A stretch of DNA of 64,000 nucleotides, taken from Eledone cirrhosa (lineage: Eukaryota). The position numbers and the translations under genes are program-made. The stretch lies in assembly GCA_964016885.1 (NCBI GenBank), contig OZ024744.1, positions 19,964,001 to 20,028,000 of the forward strand. The letters are read 5' to 3'. The notes under the pieces were generated by a model, which saw only the letters and a list, made by a program, of their open reading frames with translations, did no database searches and was not told where the DNA came from. Position 1 is the first letter of the stretch, and each line of letters opens with the position of its first letter. Shown one piece after another: positions 10,528-28,500 of this stretch.

Positions 10528-10537
10528 CAATAATTTC

Positions 10538-10560
10538 ATTATTATTATTATTATTATTAT
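10538..10560 (+). repeat. (ATT)n 3' tail of the LINE
   Basis: Seven ATT units plus AT directly after the 3' UTR. Short tandem-repeat tails in place of poly(A) are typical of CR1/L2-group elements. Confidence 0.9.
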
Positions 10561-13500
10561 ACTACACCACACAAAACCAGACCACACTGCACTATACCAC
10601 ACTACACTACACCACACTACACTACACCATACTACACCACACTTCACCACACTACACCACACTACACTACACCACACTACGCTACACAACACTACGCTAC
10701 ACCACACTACACCACAACACACTGCACCACACCACACCACACTACACCACACCACAATACACCACAATACACTACACCACACTACACTACACGACAGAAC
10801 ACTATACCACACCACGCTACACCACACTAAAACACACCACACTAAAACACACTACACCACACTACACCACACTATACCACACTACGCTATACCGTACCAC
10901 ATTATGCCTCAACACACTACACCACACCACACTACACTTCACTACACTACACCTCATTACACTACACTACCCCAGACAACCCTCACTAGAAAACACTACA
11001 ACATATTACAGCACACCACACCCATCACACTATACTACACCACACTAAACCACACCACACTGCACTACACTACACGACAGAACACTACACCACACCACGC
11101 TACACCACACTAAACCACACCACACCACACTACACAACACTAACCACACCAAACTGCACCACATTATACTACACCACACTACACCACATTACACTACATT
11201 ACACCACAATACACCACACTACACTACACCACACCACACTACACCACACCACACTACACCACACCACACTACACCACACTACACAAAACTACACCACACC
11301 ACACTACTCCACACAACACTAAACTAAACTACACTACACTACACCACACATCACCACTCTACACTACACCACACTACACCACGCTACACTACACTACACC
11401 ACGTTACACACACTACACCACACCACACCACAATACACTACACCACAATACACTACACCACATTACACCACACTACAGCACACTACACCACACTACACCA
11501 CACTACACCACACCACACCAAACTACAGCACACCACACGATGCAGCACCACACTACACCACACCACAGCGACTTACACCACGCTACACAATACTACACCC
11601 CACTATACTACACCACAACACACACTACACCACAGCACAACACACTACACCATACAACATCATACAACACCACACTACACCACACCACACTACACTACAC
11701 CTAACTACCATTCAACTACACCATACTACACCATATATACTACTATGCAACACTAAACCACACAACATTTGACTATACCACACTACACTACACCACACCA
11801 CACTACACCACACCACACTACACCACACTAAACTACACCACACTACACCACACAACGACACCCTACACCATACTACACCACACCACACCACACCACACCA
11901 CACTATACTTCACCACACTAAACAAGACCACATTGCACTATACCACAGTACACTACACCACAGTACACCAGACTACATTACACCAAACTACACTACACCA
12001 AACCACACTACACCACACCGCACTACACCACACTACACCACACTACAACACAGTACACCAAACTACACCACAGCACACCACACGACGAAACACCGAACTA
12101 CACCACGCTACACCATACTAAACTACACTACACTATACCACCCTGCACTACACTAAAACACACCACCCTACACTACACCACACAACACCACACACATTAT
12201 ACCACACCTCCCTACACTGCACTACACCACAACACCCTACACCACACCATATTACACTACGCCACACATCACTACACCGCACCACACTACACCACTACAC
12301 TACACCACACTACACTACACCAAACTACACTACACTACACTACACTACACTACACTACACTACACTACACTACACTACACTACACTACACTACACTACAC
12401 TACACTACACTACACTACACCACACTACACCACACAACACCACACCACAACATACCACACTACACTACACCACATTAAACTACACCACACTACACCACAC
12501 CACACTACACCACAGCAGACCACAATACACCACATTACATCACTCTACACCACACTAGACCACACTACACCACACTACACCACATCGCACTACACCACAC
12601 TACACTACACCTGACTACACCACACTAAACCACACCAAACTGCACCACACTATACTACACCACACAACACCACACTAAACTACACCACACCCCACTACAG
12701 CACACCACACCACGCTACACAACACAACTCTACACTGCACCGCACTACACCGCACTACACTACGCTACACTATACCTCATTACACTCCACCACACCACAC
12801 TACATCACACTACAACACACCACAGTACACCACACTACACCACACTACACCACACTACAATAAATTACACCACATCACATCGCACCACTCTACACCACAC
12901 TACACTACACACACAAAACTCACACCACACAAAACTACACCACACTACACCCCACCACACCGCACCAAACTACACCACAGTACACTACACCACCCTACAC
13001 CACACTACACCACAGTACAGAAAACTACTGCACACCACACCACACGACGCAACACCACACTACACCACACCAGACCGCACTACACCATACTACACTACAC
13101 AACACTACACAACACCACTCTACACTACATCACACAACACCACACCACACTACACCACACCACATTACACTACGTCACACATCACTACACGGCACCACAC
13201 TACACCACTACAGTACACAACACTACACTACACAATACCACCCTAAAATAAACTACACTACACCACCCTACAGCACACTACACCAGACCACAGCATACCA
13301 CGCTACACAACACTATACTACACTACACCACACTACACTACAACACACTACACTACACTACACCTCACCACACCCCACCACACCACACTACACCACACCA
13401 CGTTACACTACGTCACACATCACTACACGGCACCACACTACACCACTACAGTACACAACACTACACTACACAATACCACCCTAAAATAAACTACACTACA

Positions 13501-16500
13501 CCACTCTACAGCACACTACACCAGACCACAGCATACCACGCTACACAACACTATACTACACTACACCACACTACACTACACCACACTACACTACACTACA
13601 CTACACCTCACCACACCACACTACACAACACGACAGTACACTACACTACACCTCATTATACTCCAATACACCACACTACACAACACTACACCACACTAAA
13701 CTACACCATACTACACCACACTATACCACACCTCTCAGACTATACTACACCACACTAAACCACACAACACTGCACTGTACCCCACCACACTACAACACAC
13801 AACACTACACCACACTACACCGAACTACACCACACTACACCAAAATACACCACAGTAGTGTGCTACTCCACACCACATCGCACCCCTCGAAACCACACCA
13901 CACTAAACCACACCACACCACACTACACCACACTACACCACAGTATACCACACTACACCAAACTACACCACACCATGCTACACAAAACTACACTACACAA
14001 CACCACACCAGCCTACAGTACACCACACAACACCACACAACACTACACCACACAACACATGACTACTACACTACGTCACACATGACTACACCGCAACTCA
14101 CTACACCACTACACTACACCACACTACACTATACTAAACCACAAGACACTACACTACACCACCCTACACCCCACTACACCACCCTACACCACACTACACC
14201 ATACTGCATCACACTACACCACATATCATCACACTACACTACACCACACTACACCACACTACCCCATATTACACCACACTGCAACAAAGTACACCGCACA
14301 ACACTACTCCACACCACATCGCACCACTCTACACCACACCACACTACACCACACCACACAACACCACACCACACTACACCAAATCACACCACAATATACT
14401 ACACCACACCACACTGCACCACACTAAACTACACCACACTACACCACAAAGCAACACACTACACCATACTACACCACACCACACCACACCACACCACACT
14501 ATACTTCACCACACTAAACCAGACCACATTGCACTATACCAGACTACTCTACACCACAGTTCACCAGACTACCTTACACCAAACTACACTACACCAAACC
14601 GCACTACACCACACCGCACTACACCACACTACACCACACTACAACACAGTACAACAAACTACACCACACACACGACGCAAGACCACACTACACCACACGA
14701 CGAAACGCCACACTACACCACACCACACTGAACTACACCACACTACACCACACTCCACTACAGTATACCACGCCACACCAAACTAAGCCACACCACACTA
14801 AACTAATCTACACTACACTACACCACACCAGCTACATCACACCACACCACACCATACTATACTACACCACACTAAACCAGACCACATTGCACTATACCAC
14901 ACTACACTACACCACAGTACACCAGAATACATTACACCAAACTACACTACACCAAACCACACTACACCACACCGCACTACACCACACTACACCACACAAG
15001 AGCACGGTAGACCAAACTACACCAAACCACACCACACGACGCAACACCACACTACACCACACCGAACTACACCACGCTACACCATACTACACTACACTAC
15101 ACCACCCTGCACTACACTATACCACACCACCCTACACTAGATGAAAACAACACCACACCACACAACACCACACCACATAACACTATGCCACACACCTCTA
15201 CACCGCACCACACTACACTACACCAGCCTAAACCACACTACACTACTATACACTACACTACACTACACTACATTACACTACACTACACTACACTACACTA
15301 CATTACACTACACTACACTACTACACCACACTACATTACACAACACTACACTACACTACCCTACACCACACTACACCACACCACAACATACAACACTACA
15401 CTACACCACAACACACTACACCACAGCACACCACACTACATCACACTACACCACACAACGCTACACTACACCATACATCACACTACACCACACTACACCA
15501 CAAAACACCACACTACACTACACAACCCTACACCACACTACACCACACCACAGCATACAACACTACACTACACCATACTACACCACACCACGATACACCA
15601 CACTACACCAAACTACACCACACTTCACCAAACTACACCACACCACACTACACCACACTACACTGCACCACACCACACTACAACACACTACACCACACCA
15701 CTGTATACCACACTACATCAAACTACACCACACCAAAGTAAACTACACTACACTACACCAAAAACTCACACTACATCACACTACACTACACCAAAAACTC
15801 ACACTACATCACACTACACTACACATCACTACACTACACCACACCACACTTCACAACATCACACTGCACTATACCACACTACACTACACCACACGTCACT
15901 ACACCACACCACATTACACAACACCACACTACAATACACTACACCACACTACACTACACTACACTACACCTCATTACAATCCACTACACCACACTACACC
16001 ACACTACACTACACCATTCCACACCATACCACACCACACCCCTCACACTATACTACATCACACTAAACCACACAACACTGCACTATACCATACTAGGATA
16101 CACCACACCACACTACATTACACCACACCACGCTACACCACACTACACTACAACATCCAACACTACACCACACCACACTACACCACTCTACACCACACTA
16201 CACCAAACTACACCACACTACTCCACACCACATCGAACCACTCTGCACCACACCACACTACACCACACTACACTGCACCACACCACATTACAACACACTA
16301 CACTACACCACACCACAATACACCACACTTCACCAAATTACACCACACTACACCAAATTACACCACACTACTCCACACCACATCGCACCACTCTACACCA
16401 CACCATACTACAGCACACCAGAGCAGACTATACCACACTAGACCACGCTACACCACAGTATACCACACTACAGCAAATATACACCACACCACACTAAACT

Positions 16501-19500
16501 ACACTACACTACACCAAACTAACACAACATCACACTACACTACACATCACTACACTACACCACATCAGACTACACAACACCACACTGCACTATACCACAC
16601 TACACTACACCACATGTCACTACACCACACCACACTACAAAACACTACACTACAATACACTACACCACGCTACACTACACTACACTACACCTCATTACAC
16701 TCCACTACACCACACTACACCACACTACACTACACCATACCACACCACAGCACACCACACCCCTCACACTATACTACACCACACTAAACCACACAACACT
16801 GCACTATACCACACTAGGCTACACCACACTACACCACACTACACTACACCATACCACACTACACCACACTATACTACACCACACCACACTACAACACACA
16901 ACACTACACCACACCACATTACACCACACTACACCAACCTACACCACACTACTCCACACCACATCGAACTACTCTACACCACACCACACTACAGTATACC
17001 ACACTACACCAAACTACACCACATCACACTAAACTAAACTACACTACACTACACTAAACCAACCCACACTACATCACAATACACCACACTACACCACACT
17101 ACACTACACAACACTACACTACACCACACTACACCACACCACACCCCACTACACCACACTACACTACAACACAGTACACCACATCACACCAAACTACCCC
17201 ACACCACATCGCACCACTCTACACCACAGCACACTACACCACACTACACCACACTACACCAAACTACACCACACAACACTACTCCGCACCACATCACACC
17301 ATACTACACAAAACTACACCACAGTATACAACGCTACACAATACTACACTACACTACACCACACCACCCTACACCAACCCACAACATACCACAACATACC
17401 ACACTACACCACACTATACCACAACACAACACACTACAACACAGCACACCACACTACACCACACTACATCACACTACACCACACTACACCACACCACACT
17501 AAACTACACCACACTACACTACACTACACCACACTACACCACACCATACTACACCACACAACAACACACTATACTACGCAACACTAAACCACACAACACT
17601 GCTCTATAGCACACTACACTAGACCACACCACACCATAATAACAGCACACTACACTACACCACACCATACTACACTATACTACACTGCACTAAACTAGAC
17701 TTCACCACACTACACTACACCACACTACACGACACCACACTAAACCACACCACACTGCACTATACCACACCACAGTACACCACACTACACAACACTACAC
17801 CACACTACACCAAATTACACCACACCACATCGCACCACTCTACACCACACTACACCACACCACACTACACCCCACCACACCGCACCAAACTACACCGCAC
17901 TACACTATACCACCCTACACCACACTACGTCACACATCACTACACGGCACCACACTACACCACAACACTACACAACACTAAACTACACAATACCACACTA
18001 CACTAAACTACACTACACCACCCTACACCACACTACACCACACCAGAGCATACCATACTACACAACACCATACTACACTACATCAAACTACACTACACAG
18101 CACTACACTACACCACAACACACTACACCACACCACCCTACACCACACTACACTACACCACAGAACACTATACCACACCACGCAACACCACACGACACCA
18201 CAACACACCACACTACACCACACTAAACCACACCAAACTGCACCACACTATACTACACCACACTACACCACACTACACACACCACACTACACACACCACA
18301 CTACACAACACTACATTACACTACACTACACTACACCTCATTACATTCCAATACACCACACTACACCACACTACACCACACTACACTACATCATACTACA
18401 CCACACCATACCACACCCCTCACACTATACTTCACAACACTACACCACACTACACCAAACTACACCACACTACACCAAACTACACCACACCACACTACTC
18501 CACACAACATCGCAGCCCTCTATACCACACCACACTAAACCACACCACCCCACACTACACTACACCAACCCACACTCCACCACACTACACGACACATCAT
18601 CGCACTACACGACACACACTACACCACACTACACTACAATACACTACACCACACTATACCACACTAGGCTACACCTCACTACACCACACTACACCAGACT
18701 ACACCACAGCACACCAGACTACAGCACACCACACGACGCATCACCACACTACACCACACCACACCGCACTACACCACGTTGCACCATGCTACACCACCCT
18801 ACACTACACAACACCACACCACACCACACAACACTACACCACACCGCATTACACTAGGCCACACATGACTACACCACACCACACTACACCACTACACTAC
18901 ACCACACTACATTATACTACACCACACTACACTACACAACACTACACTATACTACAACACACGACACTACACTACACCATCCTACACCACACCACACCAC
19001 ACCACACCATACTACACCACACTACACTACACTACACTACACCACACAACACCACACTACACTAAACTTCACTACACCACATCACACAACACTACACCAA
19101 ATCACACCACAATACACTACACCACACCACACTGCACCACACCACACTGCACCACAGCAAACCACACCGCACCATACAACACAACATCGCACTACACTAC
19201 ACCACACTACACCACACTACACTACACCACGCTACACCATACTACACTACAATACACTACACCACACCACCCTACACCAACCCACAGCATACCACACTAC
19301 ACTACACCACACTATAATACACCACAACACACTACACCACAGCACACTACACTACACCACAATACATCATACTACACCACACTACACCACACCACACTAT
19401 ACTACACGACACCACACTACACTACACTACACCACACTACACCACATTACACTAAAACTACAGAACACCACACTACAGCACCCTACACCACACTACACTA

Positions 19501-22500
19501 CACCATACTACACCACACCACACTACACTATACTACGCGTCACTAAATCACACAGCACTACACTATAGCACACTACACTAGACGACACACAACCACACTA
19601 CCACACTACACCACACTACACTACACCGCACCACACTACACTATACTACACTGCACTAACTACACTTCACCACACTACACCACACCACACAACACCACAC
19701 CACACCACACCACACTATACTACGCATCACTAAACCACACCACACTGCACTATACCACCCTACACCACACTACACCACACTACACTACACCACATCATAC
19801 TACACTACACTACACTGCACTACACTACACTTCACCACACTACACCACAACACACTACACCACACTACACCACACTACACCACACCACAACACACTACAC
19901 CATACTACACCACACTACACTACAGTATTACACGTCACACCAAACTACACCTCACTAAATTAAACTACACTACACCACACTACACTACACCACACCACAC
20001 TACACTACACAACACTACACTACACTAAACTACACTACACTACACTACTCCACACTACACTACACCACACCACACTACACTACACAACACTACACTACAC
20101 CAAACTACACCACACTACACCACAGCACACCAAACTACAGCACACCACACCACACGACGCAACACCACACTACACCCACCACACCGCACTACACCACGCT
20201 ACACTATACTACACTTCATTACACTAAACCACACCACCCTACTCTACACCACACAACACAACACATATTACGCCACACCTCCCTACACTACACTACACCA
20301 CATTACCCTACACTACACCACACCACACCACACTACACCACACCACATTAGACTACGCCACACATCACTACACAGCACCACAAAACAACACTACACTACA
20401 CCACACTACACTACACTATACCACACTACACAACACTACACTGCACAACACCACCCTACACCACCCTACACCACACCACGACTTACCAAACTACACTACA
20501 CCACACCAAACTTAACTAAACTAAACTACACTACACCAACCCACAATACATCACAGTACACCAGACATCACAACACTACACGACACCACACTACCCCACA
20601 ACAAAACAAACTACACCACACTAAACCACACCAAACTGCACCACACTAAACTACACCACACTACACCACACTACACCACACTACACTACACCACACTACA
20701 CTACACCACACAACACTACACAACACAACACTTCACTACACCACACTACACCACACTACGCTACACCACACCACACTACAACATATTACACTACACCACA
20801 CCACACTACACCGCACTACACTACACCACACTACACCACACAACACCAAATTACACCACACTACATCGTACCACTCTATACCACACTACACTACACCACA
20901 CCACACTACACCACACTACACCACACTACACTACAACACGTTACACCACACTACACCACACCCCACCACATCGACCAACAACACACTACACCAAATTACA
21001 CCACACTACACCATACTACACCATATCACACAACACTACACCACACTACACCACAGCACACCAAATTAGAGCACACCACACCACACGACGTAACACCACA
21101 CTACACCGCACTACACCACGCTACATCACACTACACTACACTACACCCCACTACACCACACCACACCAAACTACAGCACACCACATCACACGAAGCAACA
21201 CCACACTACACATCACCTCACCGCACTATGCTACACCACCCTACACTACACTACACCATCCTACACTACACCACACTACATCACATCACGCTACACCCCA
21301 CCACATTACACTACGCCACTACACTACAACACACTACACTACACTACACTACACTACACCACACTACACCACCCTACACCACACTACACCACAGTACACT
21401 GCACCACACCACACTACAACACACTACACTACACCACACCACAATACACCACACTTCACCAAACTACACCACACTACACCAAATTACACCACACTACTCC
21501 ACACCACATCGCACACTCTACACCACACCATACTACACCACACCAGAGCACACTATACAACACTAGACCACGCTACACCACAGTATACACCACACCACAC
21601 TAAACTACACTATACTACACCAAACTCACACTACATCACACTACACTACACATCACTACACTACACCACATCAGACTACACAACACCACACTGCACTATA
21701 CCACACTACACTACACCACATGTCACTACACCACACCACACTACAAAACACTACACTACAATACACTACACCACGCTACACTACACTACACTACACTACA
21801 CCTCATTACACTCCACTACACCACACTACACCACACTACACTACACCATACCACACCACACCACACCACACAACACTGCACTATACCACACTAGGTTACA
21901 CCACACTACACCACACTACACTACACGATACCACACTACACCACACTACACTACACCACACCACACTACAACACACAACACTACACCACACCACAATACA
22001 CCACACTACACCACACTACACCAAACTACACCACACTACTCCACACCACATCGAACTACTCTACACCACACCACACTACAGTATACAACACTACACCAAA
22101 CTACACCACACCACACTAAACTAAACTACACTACACTACACTAAACCAACCCACACTACATCACACTACACCACACATCATCACACTACATGACACCACA
22201 CTACACCACAGCACACCACACTACACCACACTACATCACACTACACCACACTACACCACACCACACTAAACTACACCACACTACACTACACTACAGCACA
22301 CTACACTACACTACACAACACCACACTACACAACACTACAGCACACTACACTACACCGTACTACACCACACAACACCACACTATACTACGCAACACTAAA
22401 CCGCACAACACTGCACTATAGCACACTACACTAGACCACACTACACCATAATAACACCACACTACACTACACCACACCATACTACACTATACTACACTGC

Positions 22501-25500
22501 ACTAAACTAGACTTCACCACACTACACTACACCACACTACACAACACCACACTAAACCACACCACACTGCACTATACCACACCACAGTACATCACACTAC
22601 ACCACACTACACCAAATTACACCACACCATATCGCACCACTCTACACCACACTACACCACACCACACTACACCACACACCACTACACCACACTACACCCC
22701 ACCACACCGCACCAAACTACACCGCACTACACTATACCACCCTACACCATACTACACTAAACTACACTACACAACACCACTCTACACTACATCACACAAC
22801 ACCACACCTCTCTACACCACACCACATTACACTACGTCACACATCACTACACGGCACCACACTACACCACTACACTACACAAGACTACACTACACAATAC
22901 CACACTACACTAAACTACACTACACCACCCTACACCACACTACACCACACCAGAGCATACCATACTACACAACACCATACTGCACTACACCACACTACAC
23001 TACACAGCACTACACTACACCACAACATACTACACCACACCACACCACACTACACCACAACACACTACACCACACCACCCTACACCACACTACACTACAC
23101 CACAAAACACTATACCACACCACGCAACACCACACGACACCACAACACACCACACTACACCACACTAAACCACACCAAACTGCACCACACTATACTACAC
23201 CACACTACACCACACTACACACACCACACTACACACACCACACTACACAACACTAAATTACACTACACTACACTACACTACACCTCATTACATTCCAATA
23301 CACCACACTACACCACACTACACTACATCATACTACACCACACCATACCACACCCCTCACACTATACTTCACAACACTACACCACACTACACCAAACTAC
23401 ACCACACTACACCAAACTATACCACACCACACTACTCCACACAACATCGCAGCCCTCTATACCACACCACACTAAACCACACCACCCCACACTACACCAC
23501 ACTACACCACAGTATACCACACTACACCAAACTACACCACACCATGCTACGCATCCCGACACTACACAACACCACACCACCCTACACTACACCACATAAC
23601 ACCACACCACACTACACCACACCACATTACAATATGCCACACATGACTACACCGCACCTCACTACATCACTATACTACACCACACTACACTATACTTAAC
23701 CACACGACACTACACTACACCACTCTACACCACACTGCACCACCCTACACCACACTACACCACACTGCATCACATTACACCACATTTCATCACACTACAC
23801 TACACCACACTACATCACACCACACCGCACCACACTACACCACACTACACTACACCACACTACACCACACATCACTACACCACACAACACCACACCACAT
23901 TTCACCACACTACACGACACTACACCACACCACACTACGCTACACCACACTACAGGACACTTCACCACACTACACTACACCACACCACACTACACACAAT
24001 TACACCACACGACACTACACCGCACCACACCAGACTACACCACACCACACTAAACTAAACTACACTACACTACACCACGCTACACCAGGCTACACTACAC
24101 CACACCACACTACACCAAACTACACTACACCACACTAAACTAAACTACACTACACTACACTACACCAACCCACACTCCACCACACTACACGACACATCAT
24201 CGCACTACACGACACACACTACACCACACTACACTACAATACACTACACCACACTATACCACACTAGACTACACCACACTACACCACACTACACCAGACT
24301 ACACCACAGCACACCAGACTACAGCACACCACACGACGCATCACCACACTACACCACACCACACCGCACTACACCACGTTGCACCATGCTACACCACCCT
24401 ACACTATACAACACCACACATGACTACACCGCACCACACTACACCACTACACTACACCACACTACATTATACTACACCACACTACACTACACAACACTAC
24501 ACTAAACTACAAAACACGACACTACACTACACCATCCTACACCACCCTACACCACACCACACCATACTACACCACACTACACTACACTACACTACACAAC
24601 ACAACACCACACTACACTAAACTTCACTACACCACATCACACGACACTACACCAAATCACACCACAATACACTACACCACACCACACTGCACCACACCTC
24701 ACTGCACCACAGCAAACCACACCGCACCATACAACACAACATCGCACTACACTACACCACACTACACCACACTACACTACACCACGCTACACCATACTAC
24801 ACTACAATACACTACACCACACCACCCCACACCAACCCACAGCATACCACACTACACTACACCACACTATAATACACCACAACACACTACACCACAGCAC
24901 ACTACACTACACCACAATACATCATTGTACACCCCACCACACTATACTACACGACACCACACTACACTACACTACACCACACTACACCACATTACACTAA
25001 AACTACAGAACACCACACTACAGCACCCTACACCACACTACACTACACCATACTACACCACACCACACTACACTATACTACGCGTCACTAAATCACACAG
25101 CACTACACTATAGCACACTACACTAGACAACACAAAACCACACTACCACACTACACCACACTACACTACACCGCACCACACTACACTATACTACACTGCA
25201 CTAACTACACTTCACCACACTACACCACACCACACTACACCACACCACACCACACCACACCACACCACACTATACTACGCATCACTAAACCACACCACAC
25301 TGCACTATACCACACTACACCACACTACACCACACTACACTACACCACATCACACTACACTACACTGCACTACACTACACTTCACCACACTACACCACAA
25401 CACCCTACACCACACTACACCACACTACACCACACCACAACACACTACACCATACTACACCACACTACACTACAGTATTACACGCCACACCAAACTACAC

Positions 25501-28500
25501 CACACTAAATTAAACTACACTACACCACACTACACCACACTACACTACACTAAACTACACTACACTACACTACTCCACACTACACTACACCACACTACAC
25601 TACACAACACTACACTACACCAAACTACACCACGCTACTCCACAGCACACCAAACTACAGCACACCACACCACACGACGCAACACCACACTGCACCCACC
25701 ACACCACACTACACCACGCTACACTATACTACACTTCATTACACTAAACCACACCACCCTACTCTACACCACACAACACAACACATATTACACCACACCT
25801 CCCTACACTACACTACACCCCACCACCCTACACTACACCACACCACACTACACCACACCACACTACACCACACCACATTAGACTACGCCACACATCACTA
25901 CACCGCACCACAAAACAACACAACACTACACCACACTACACTACACTACACCACACTACACTACACTACACTGCACAACACCACCCTACACCACCCTACA
26001 CCACAACACGACATACCAAACTACACTACACCACACTTAACTAAATTAAACTACACTACACCATCCCACAACACATCACAGTACACCAGACATCACAACA
26101 CTACACGACACAACACTACACCACACCAAAACAAACTACACCACACTAAACCACACCAAACTGCACCACACTAAACTACACCACACTACACGACACTACA
26201 CGACACTACACTACACCACACTACACTACACCACACAACACTACACAACACAACACTTCACTACACCACACTACACCACACTACGCTACACCATACCACA
26301 CTACACCATATTACACTACACCACACCACACTACACCGCACTACACTACACCACACTACACCACACTACACCACACAACACCAAATTACACCACACTACA
26401 TCGCACCACTCTATACCACACTACACTACACCACACTACACTACACCATCCTACACTACACCACACTACATCACATCACACTACACCCCACCACATTACA
26501 CTACGCCACTACACTACAACACACTACACTACACTACACTACACCACACTACACTACACTACACCACCCTACACCACACTACACCACACTACACCACACT
26601 ACACCACACTACATTCCACCACATTACACTACGCCACTACACTACAACACGCTACACCACACTACACCACACCACGCTACACAACACAACTCTACACTGC
26701 ACCGCACTACACCGCACTACACTACGCTACACTATACCTCATTACACTCCACCACACCACACTACACCACACTAAACTACACCATACTACACCACACCAT
26801 ACCACACCCCTCACACTATAATACACCACACTAAACCACACAACACTGCACTATACCCCACCGCATTACAACACACAACACTACACCACACTACACCGAA
26901 CTACACCACAATTCACCACTGCACTATACCCCACCACACTACAACACACAACACTACACCACACTACACCGAACTACACCACACTACACCAAACTACACT
27001 ACACCACACTACTCCACACCACATCGCACCCCTCGAAACCACACCACACTAAACCACACCACACCACACTACACCACACTACACCACAGTATACCACACT
27101 ACACCAAACTACACCACACCATGCTACACAACCCTACACTACACAACACCACACCGCCCTACACTACACCACACAACACCACACCACACTACACCACACC
27201 ACACATGACTACTACACTACGCCACACATGACTACACCGCACCTCACTAGACCACTACACTACACCACACTACACTATACTAAACCACACGACACTACAC
27301 TACACCACCCTACACCACACTACACCAGCCTACACCACACTACACCACACTGCATCACATTACACCACATATCATCACACTACACTACACCACCCTACAC
27401 CACTCTACACCATATTACACCACACTGCAACAAAGTACACCGCACAACACTACTCCACACCACATCGCAGCACTCTACACCACACCACACTACACCACAC
27501 CACACAACACCACACCACACTACACCAAATCACACCACAATACACTACACCACACCACACTGCACCACACTAAACTACACCACACTACACCACAAAGCAA
27601 CACACTACACCATACTACACCACATCACACCACACCACACTATACTACACCACACTAAACCAGACCACATTGCACTATACCACACTACTCTACACCACAG
27701 TACACCAGACTACATTACACCAAACTACACTACACCAAACCGCACTACACCACACCGCACTACACCACACTAGAACACAGTACACCAAACTACACCAAAC
27801 CACACAACGCAACACCACACTACACCACACGACGCAACACCACACTACACCACACCACACCGAACTACACCACACTACACCACACTACACTACGGTATAC
27901 CACGCCACACCAAACTAAGCCACACCACACTAAACTAAACTACACTACACTACACCACACCACACTAGACCACACAACACCACACCACACCATACTATAC
28001 TACACCACACTAAACCAGACAACATTGCACTATACCACACTACACTACACCACAGTACACCAGACTACATTACACCAAACTACACTACACCAAACCACAC
28101 TACACCGCACTACACCACACTACACCACACAAGAGCACAGTAGACCAAACTACACCAAACCACACCACACGACGCAACACCACACTACACCACACCGAAC
28201 TACACTGCACCACACCACACTACAACACACTACACTACACCACACCACAATACACCACACTTCACCAAACTATACCACACTACACCAAATTACACCACAC
28301 TACTCAACACCACATAGCACCACTCTACACCACACCATACTACACCACACCAGAGCACACTATACCACACTAGACCACACTACACCACAGTATACCACAC
28401 TACAGCAAACTACACCACACCACACTAAACTACACTACATTACACCAAACTCACACTACATCACACTACACTACACATCACTACACTACACCACACCAGA

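Larger units (their letters stand above)
5589..10560 (+). mobile_element. Apparently full-length CR1-group non-LTR retrotransposon (LINE), about 5.0 kb
   Basis: Order is 5' UTR, ORF1, APE-RT ORF2, short 3' UTR, (ATT)n tail. Both flanks rejoin into satellite sequence matching an uninterrupted paralogue at about 3340-3660. Candidate target-site duplication TATAC at 5584-5588 and 10558-10562. Confidence 0.96.

Noticed and set aside
6388-10533. Antisense and alternate-frame ORFs within the LINE (e.g. 7218..7592, 9683..9946, 10076..10411; also 505..837)
   Set aside because: Shadows of ORF1/ORF2 with no motifs. The similarity of 505..837 to 10076..10411 only reflects the duplicated element.
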